Of a stretch of DNA of 64,000 nucleotides, positions 59,057 to 64,000 are shown piece by piece; positions within the stretch are counted from its first letter, which is position 1; every line of letters begins with the position of its first letter. Where the stretch lies: assembly GCA_004431415.1 (NCBI GenBank), contig QPMI01000610.1, forward strand, positions 186,001 through 250,000, written 5' to 3'. Below the pieces are notes generated by a model. It worked only from the letters and a program-made list of their open reading frames with translations, was not told where the DNA came from and made no database searches. This stretch comes from Cyanophora paradoxa CCMP329. Taxonomy: Eukaryota > Plantae > Glaucophyta. The translations under genes were made by a program, and so were the position numbers.

Positions 59057-62000
59057 ATGGCTTTCAAGCCCCGCCCGCAGCGTGACTCGGCGGCCGCGGC
59101 GGCGCAAATCTGGCCGGCCGAAAACGAAGATGGGGATGAGCAGAAGCAGGGGCCGCGCGCGCCCTCCGCGGCGTCTTCGATGCTCTCGGTGCTCGCAATC
59201 AACGCGCACACGGAGCTGGTGGACCGCGGCGGCGACGCCGGCCGCCGGGAGGAGCCCGAGGCCGGCGGCAGCGTGCGCGCCGCCGGCGTGCGCGCCGCCA
59301 GCGCCAGCCCGCTCCTCGGCACGATGAACCTGCAGTCCACGTGCGCCCGCACCGCGCCGCCTCCGCCGCTGCTCTACAGGCTGAAGCGAAGGCTCCCGTC
59401 GCTGATCGTGACGCGCGGGCGGGGCGGCAGGGCGGGGCCCGGAGGGGAGACGACGTCGATGCGGCGGCGGCGCTCGTCGGTGGCGGGGCTGCCGGCCGAG
59501 AAGCTCGACCTCCGCATGGTCCCCTACCTGGGCCTGCTGCGCCGCTTCGCGAGCCCGGGGGCGGAGCGGCACTACCAGTCCTACCTCGCCGCCCGCTGCA
59601 TCGAACGCCAGCGCCGCCTCCTCCCCATCGCCTGCGCCGTCTACGTGCCTCCCCCCGCACCCGCTCCCCCCTCCCTCCTCCTCCTCTTCCCGCGCGACCG
59701 CCGCGGGCGCAGGCGGCGGCGCTGGTGACGTTCTTCTCGGGCATCGCGGCGAACGCGGTGAGCTTCCGCAGCGACGGCGTCCTCCCCACCAGCTTCGCCC
59801 TCCGCTTCCTCGGCGTCCGTACCCCCCCTCGCCCCCCCCCCTCCCCTCGCCCCCCCCTCCCCTCGCCTCGGGCCCTCGGGCCCACGCGCGGGGCAGCGGC
59901 TCGCGCACGCGCCGTGCGTGGTCGTCGCCGTGACTTCCCTCGTCATGGTCTACGCCTTCCCCCGCCGCTACGCCACAGTCATGGAGGCCCGCCCCCGCCC
60001 CCGCGCCGGCGCCCGCACGCCGGCCCCGGCCAGGCGCGGGCTGACCTGGGCGCGGGGGCCGGCAGCCCCTCCTCGGGCTCTTCTTCTTCGGCGTGCCCGT
60101 CGCCTCCCTCTACAACACCCTCGACGTGCCCCGCCCCGCCCCCCCGCCTCGCCCGCCCCGCCCGCACGGGGCCGAGGCGGCGGGGGCGGCGGGCCCAGCT
60201 GGTGGAGCCGCTGCCGGTGACCTTTGCGATCATGACGGCGGTGGACGCCTGCGTCCGCGTGATGGCGCTGCTCCCGCCCCGCGCCTACATCGTCTCCTCC
60301 GCCGCCGTCCACGCGGTCGCCTGGACCGTCTGTGCGCGTCCCTCGCCCCGCCCGGACCTGCCCGGCGCCCCCCCTCGCCCTCCCCCCGCTGAGTGGGGCG
60401 CGGGGCCAGACCCGCCGCTGGGGATCATCGGGCGGGGCTCGCAGGACGCGTTCACGACGCTCTTCTCGCACGCGGTGCTCACGGGCGCGCTGCTCGCCGT
60501 CTCCGCGTACGGCGCCCGCGAGGAGGACGTCCGCCGCCGCCGCGACTTCGCACGCGCCCAGTCCCTCCGCGCCGAGGTCCCAGAGCTCTTCCCCGCGCCC
60601 CCTCGGGCCTCGCCTCGCCTCGCCGACGGGCCGGGGGCAGCTGGCGCACGCGGCGGAGGAGCGGGAGGGCCTGCGCGAGCGCAACGAGCGCCTCCACGAG
60701 CAGCTCCTCTCCCTCCAGCGTCCGCCCGCCCCCCACGCCGCCCTCCGCAGCGCCGCGCGGCTGAGGCGCCCCAGGCGAGCGCATGGGCGCCGCGGCCGAC
60801 CTCGACTCGCCGCTGGCGAAGGCGCTGCGGGCGCTGGACGCGCTGCGCTCGGACGCGCGGCTGCGGGCGCTGGGGGGGTGGGCGTCGGGGGCGCTGGACG
60901 GGGCGATCACGGGCCTGCTGCAGAGCCGGGACGTCATGGTGCCCGACCTCGGCCTGCAGGTCAAGCAGGGCACCCTCCAGGTCCCTTGAGCCCGCGCCCG
61001 CCACCGCCGCTCCCCGCCGGCCGCGGCTGACGCCGGGGGCGGGGCAGCTGGACCGGGAGACGCGCCTCTGGCTCTTCAACGAGGTCGCCGCCGCCCAGTC
61101 CGACGGCGCCAGCGACGGCCCTGAGCCGGCGCCCGAGGCCGACGGGGCGGCCCCCGCGCCGGCGCCGGCGTCGGAGGCGGAGGGCCCGCGGCTGGAGCTG
61201 TGGGGCGAGGCGGAGGCGGTGGCGGCGCGCGTGCTGCCGCTCGTCGGGCGCGAGCACAGCCTCGACGTCTTCGAGCTCGACCGCGCCACCGGCGGCCACG
61301 CCCTCCTCGCCGTCGGGCGCGCACCCGTCCCGCCCCCCTCCACCTCTTCCCTGACCCCGGGGGCAGGCTGGCGGCGGCGCGGGCGCTGGGGGTGCACGAG
61401 AGCCTGCCCCTCCGCATGGACCGCTTCGCCGCGTTCGTCGCCCACTGCGAGACCCGCTACCCGGACAACAACCCCTACCACAAGTCCGGCCCCCTCCCCC
61501 TCCCCCCCGCTGCGCGCGCGGCCTGAGCGCCTCGGCCGGCCCGCAGCCGGCGGCACGCGGCGGACGTGCTGCTGAGCATGGCGCACATGCTGGTGCAGGG
61601 CGGGATCGGGGACCTGCTCACCGAGGAGGACAAGCTTGCCGCCCTCCTCGCCGTCATCATACACGACTTCGAGCACCCCGGCACCAACAACAAGTCCGCC
61701 CCCCCGCCCGCCCGCCCGCCCGCCCGCCGGCGCCCGGGCGGGCCCTCACGCACTGGCAGCTTCCAGGTGGCGACGAGCACGCCGCTGGCGCTCCTCTACA
61801 ACGACCGCTCGCCCCTCGAGTCCCACCACGCCTCCGCCGGTGCCCCCCGCCCCGCCCTCCCCCTCCTCCTGCGCCCGAGCTGATGCGCGCGGCGGGCGCA
61901 GGCTGGCGGGCGATGCGGGCGCGGGAGCACGACTTCATGGAGGGCGTGCCGAAGGCGGCGGCGCGCGACGTGCGCCGCGCCGTCATCGACGTCGTCCTCG

Positions 62001-62703
62001 CCACGGACATGGCGCGTGTACCCCCCTCTCTTGGCCTCGCCGCAGCCGCTCACGCCCGGTGCAGGCGCAGCACTTCGAGATCCTGGGCAACTTCAGGAAG
62101 CGGGCCGCGGCGGGGGCGCTGGGGCCCCCCGAGGGCCCCGCCTCCTTCTCCGCGCGGGGCGGCCCCTCGCCCTCCCCCCGGGCGCAGGCGAGCCCGGGGC
62201 CGGCCTCGCGGGACCGGGACCGGGAGCGGGAGGGGCCGGGCGGGCAGGGCCTCTCGGCGGAGGACCGGCGGCTGGTGCTGGCGGTGGCGATGAAGGGGAG
62301 CGACATCGGGCACGCCTTCAAGCCCCTCGCCGCGCACGTCGCCTGGAGCGAGGCCGTCGCCTCCGAGTTCTACGCCCAGGGCGACCGCGAGCGCCTCCTC
62401 GGCCTCCCCGTCTCCCCCTTCAGTGCGCCCGCCCGAGCCGCCGACCGTCGGGCACCCGAACGAGAGCGCTAACCCGAGGGCGGCGCAGTGGACCGGGAGA
62501 AGGCGAACATGGCGCAGTCGCAGCTCGGCTTCCTGGACTTCGTCGTGCTGCCCCTCCTCAACGCCCTCGCCGCCTCCTTCCCCCGCCTCGGCGAGACCGT
62601 CCTCGCCGGCGCCCGCGACAATTACGCCCACTGGAAGGCCCTCGCCGACCGCGCCGCCGCCCCCACCCAGGCCGCCGCCCCCGCACCCGCCGGCGCCCCC
62701 TGA
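59057..62703 (+). CDS. Class I 3',5'-cyclic nucleotide phosphodiesterase with an N-terminal multi-pass membrane domain
   Basis: [68 protein letters not shown]; about six hydrophobic segments at 59600-60510. Confidence 0.94.
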
Positions 62704-63617
62704 GCGTTGAGATAGATGTAACTGCATCCTTCCGATCCATTTCTTTCGCTTTTCGCTTGCAATTGCGATTTATTGATCCCTTTACCCCGTCTATATCCAT
62801 TCCGCAATTTTTGTAGACGTGCAAATACGCTCACCAGTGCAGTATCGCTACTAGTACTTTCATTTCGGTTCACGCGTGGCCTGCACCCTTTGATCATGAT
62901 CATGATCATGATCATGAATGGTAGTTCTGTCAAGCGGCTACGTCAAGCTTACGAAGACAAGGTCGCTTGAGAAGTCAAGCTTACGCATACGAGCCATTGC
63001 ATGATCGCCTAGTCGCGACTCGCGAAATCGAGCTTTTCGAATAAGCCTTAAAGCCTTGCAGCCTGGCAGCCCGCCCCGGGCCGGGGGGCATGCATATACA
63101 GAACGCATGCTCAAGGGGGCCGGGCCCGCCCCATGCCGCAGTGTGGGCCCCCGATTTAAAACCGGGAATTCGAACGGTGCCTATAGCTAACAGAGGCTCA
63201 GCTGCAGCGGCTAGCGCTAGCAGCAGCGCTAGCTGCTCAGCGGCTGCAACAGGAAGTCGAAAACCTAGGCCCTGCAGCTGCATGCGCAGGCTGCCGCAGT
63301 GCAGTGGGCAACAGCAATTGAATTCTTTTCGAATTATGATTCCGAGAATACGTTATACAGACTATAGCTAGCTATAGCTATATAGCCGGTCCGCTAACCT
63401 CCGTGACTTAACTGTGCTTAATTTAGAGAGCGATCAAGACAAAGCTACGAACGGACAAGGCTAAAACAAAGCCACGGGAGGGGCCGGATGATGAAGAGCG
63501 GGCGGAAACAGCGATGGCGCCGGTCGCGCACTACCTAGGCGCGGCCGCTCAGCGTGCAGGCGAACTAGTGCCACGAAGATACGAATGAGGACGGGCCGGC
63601 GGGCCCGGGCGGGCGGG

Positions 63618-64000
63618 CTAGAAGCTCTCGATCTTGGAGATGACGCGGCCGTTGCGGATGACCTTCTCGTGGGCGAGGGCGGCTCCGCCGGCGCCGGCGC
63701 CGGTGCCCTCGGGGAACTGGAGGCGGTAGTGGCTCTGGACGTCCCCGGGCGAGCGCTGCCAGCTGCCCAGCGAGATCGAGTGGTTCTCGTTCCGGTACTT
63801 CACGCGCTGGAAGGCGCAGAGCGGCCGCTCGAGGTACGCGTCTCGCGGAGAGGCGAAGGGGTCCCGCGCCGAGAGCGCCGGGCCCGCCTCCTCCTGCGCC
63901 CCCGCGCTCCGCGACGCCAGCGCTGCCTGCGCCGCGAGGAGGCTCGAGCTCGGCGCGAGCGTTACGCGGCCCGGCGGCCGCGCAGCTGCAGGCGAACGCA
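63618..64000 (-). CDS. 3' end of an unidentified gene (partial)
   Basis: Coding-like frame ...RDAYLERPLCAFQRVKYRNENHSISLGSWQRSPGDVQSHYRLQF...KVIRNGRVISKIESF-TAG. No family recognised. Confidence 0.55.
   Translation of the reverse strand, partial: RSPAAARPPGRVTLAPSSSLLAAQAALASRSAGAQEEAGPALSARDPFASPRDAYLERPLCAFQRVKYRNENHSISLGSWQRSPGDVQSHYRLQFPEGTGAGAGGAALAHEKVIRNGRVISKIESF

Noticed and set aside
14011-62703. Alternative genetic code or stop-codon readthrough
   Set aside because: Conserved genes end at TAG or TGA where expected, and the exons I traced needed no in-frame stop.
11214-62703. Bestrophin, CNBD channel, CBL and PDE as a Ca2+/cyclic-nucleotide gene cluster
   Set aside because: They are spread over 50 kb among unrelated housekeeping genes and belong to large families, so chance is sufficient.
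1-64000. Many long Arg/Pro/Gly/Ala-rich ORFs in the supplied track, including antisense ones (e.g. 51697-54351, 26809-28458)
   Set aside because: These are shadow frames caused by extreme GC and read-through of stop-free introns. The real proteins appear only after splicing.
1-64000. tRNA, rRNA, autonomous transposon or viral genes
   Set aside because: No cloverleaf, rRNA, transposase, reverse transcriptase or capsid motifs recognised. The RNase H1-type domain at 48883 lacks RT/RNase H catalytic context.

Overview
Very GC-rich, gene-dense eukaryotic nuclear DNA with many short (mostly about 50-90 nt) spliceosomal introns, so the unspliced ORF track is largely artefactual. Composition, intron style and gene content suggest an alga or protist; a Cyanophora-like glaucophyte is my inference, not verified. 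Splicing by eye gives 17 complete genes and one partial: three F-box/LRR-type genes, UTP21/WDR36, a bestrophin, an ER FKBP, farnesyltransferase beta, a GON4L/DUO3-like protein, RPN5, a CNBD cation channel, a P1B Cu-ATPase, a PIN-nuclease/dsRBD protein, a membrane RING E3, an RNase H1 hybrid-binding-domain/HARP/3CxxC protein, kinesin-6, a CBL calcium sensor and a transmembrane phosphodiesterase. Highlights: (1) two nucleic-acid-binding proteins with architectures I do not recognise (ZNF451-type PIN + 3 winged-helix-like repeats + dsRBD at 40570-43899; hybrid-binding domain + 2 HARP-like + zf-3CxxC at 48883-51028); (2) roughly a third of introns in the GC-richest genes use GC donors, with a GYSCGC consensus; (3) three box C/D snoRNAs, predicted to guide an LSU rRNA 2'-O-methylation, in the single long intron of UTP21; (4) a PDE on an adenylyl-cyclase-type membrane anchor. 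All gene models and family calls are manual, from motif recall; no searches were run.
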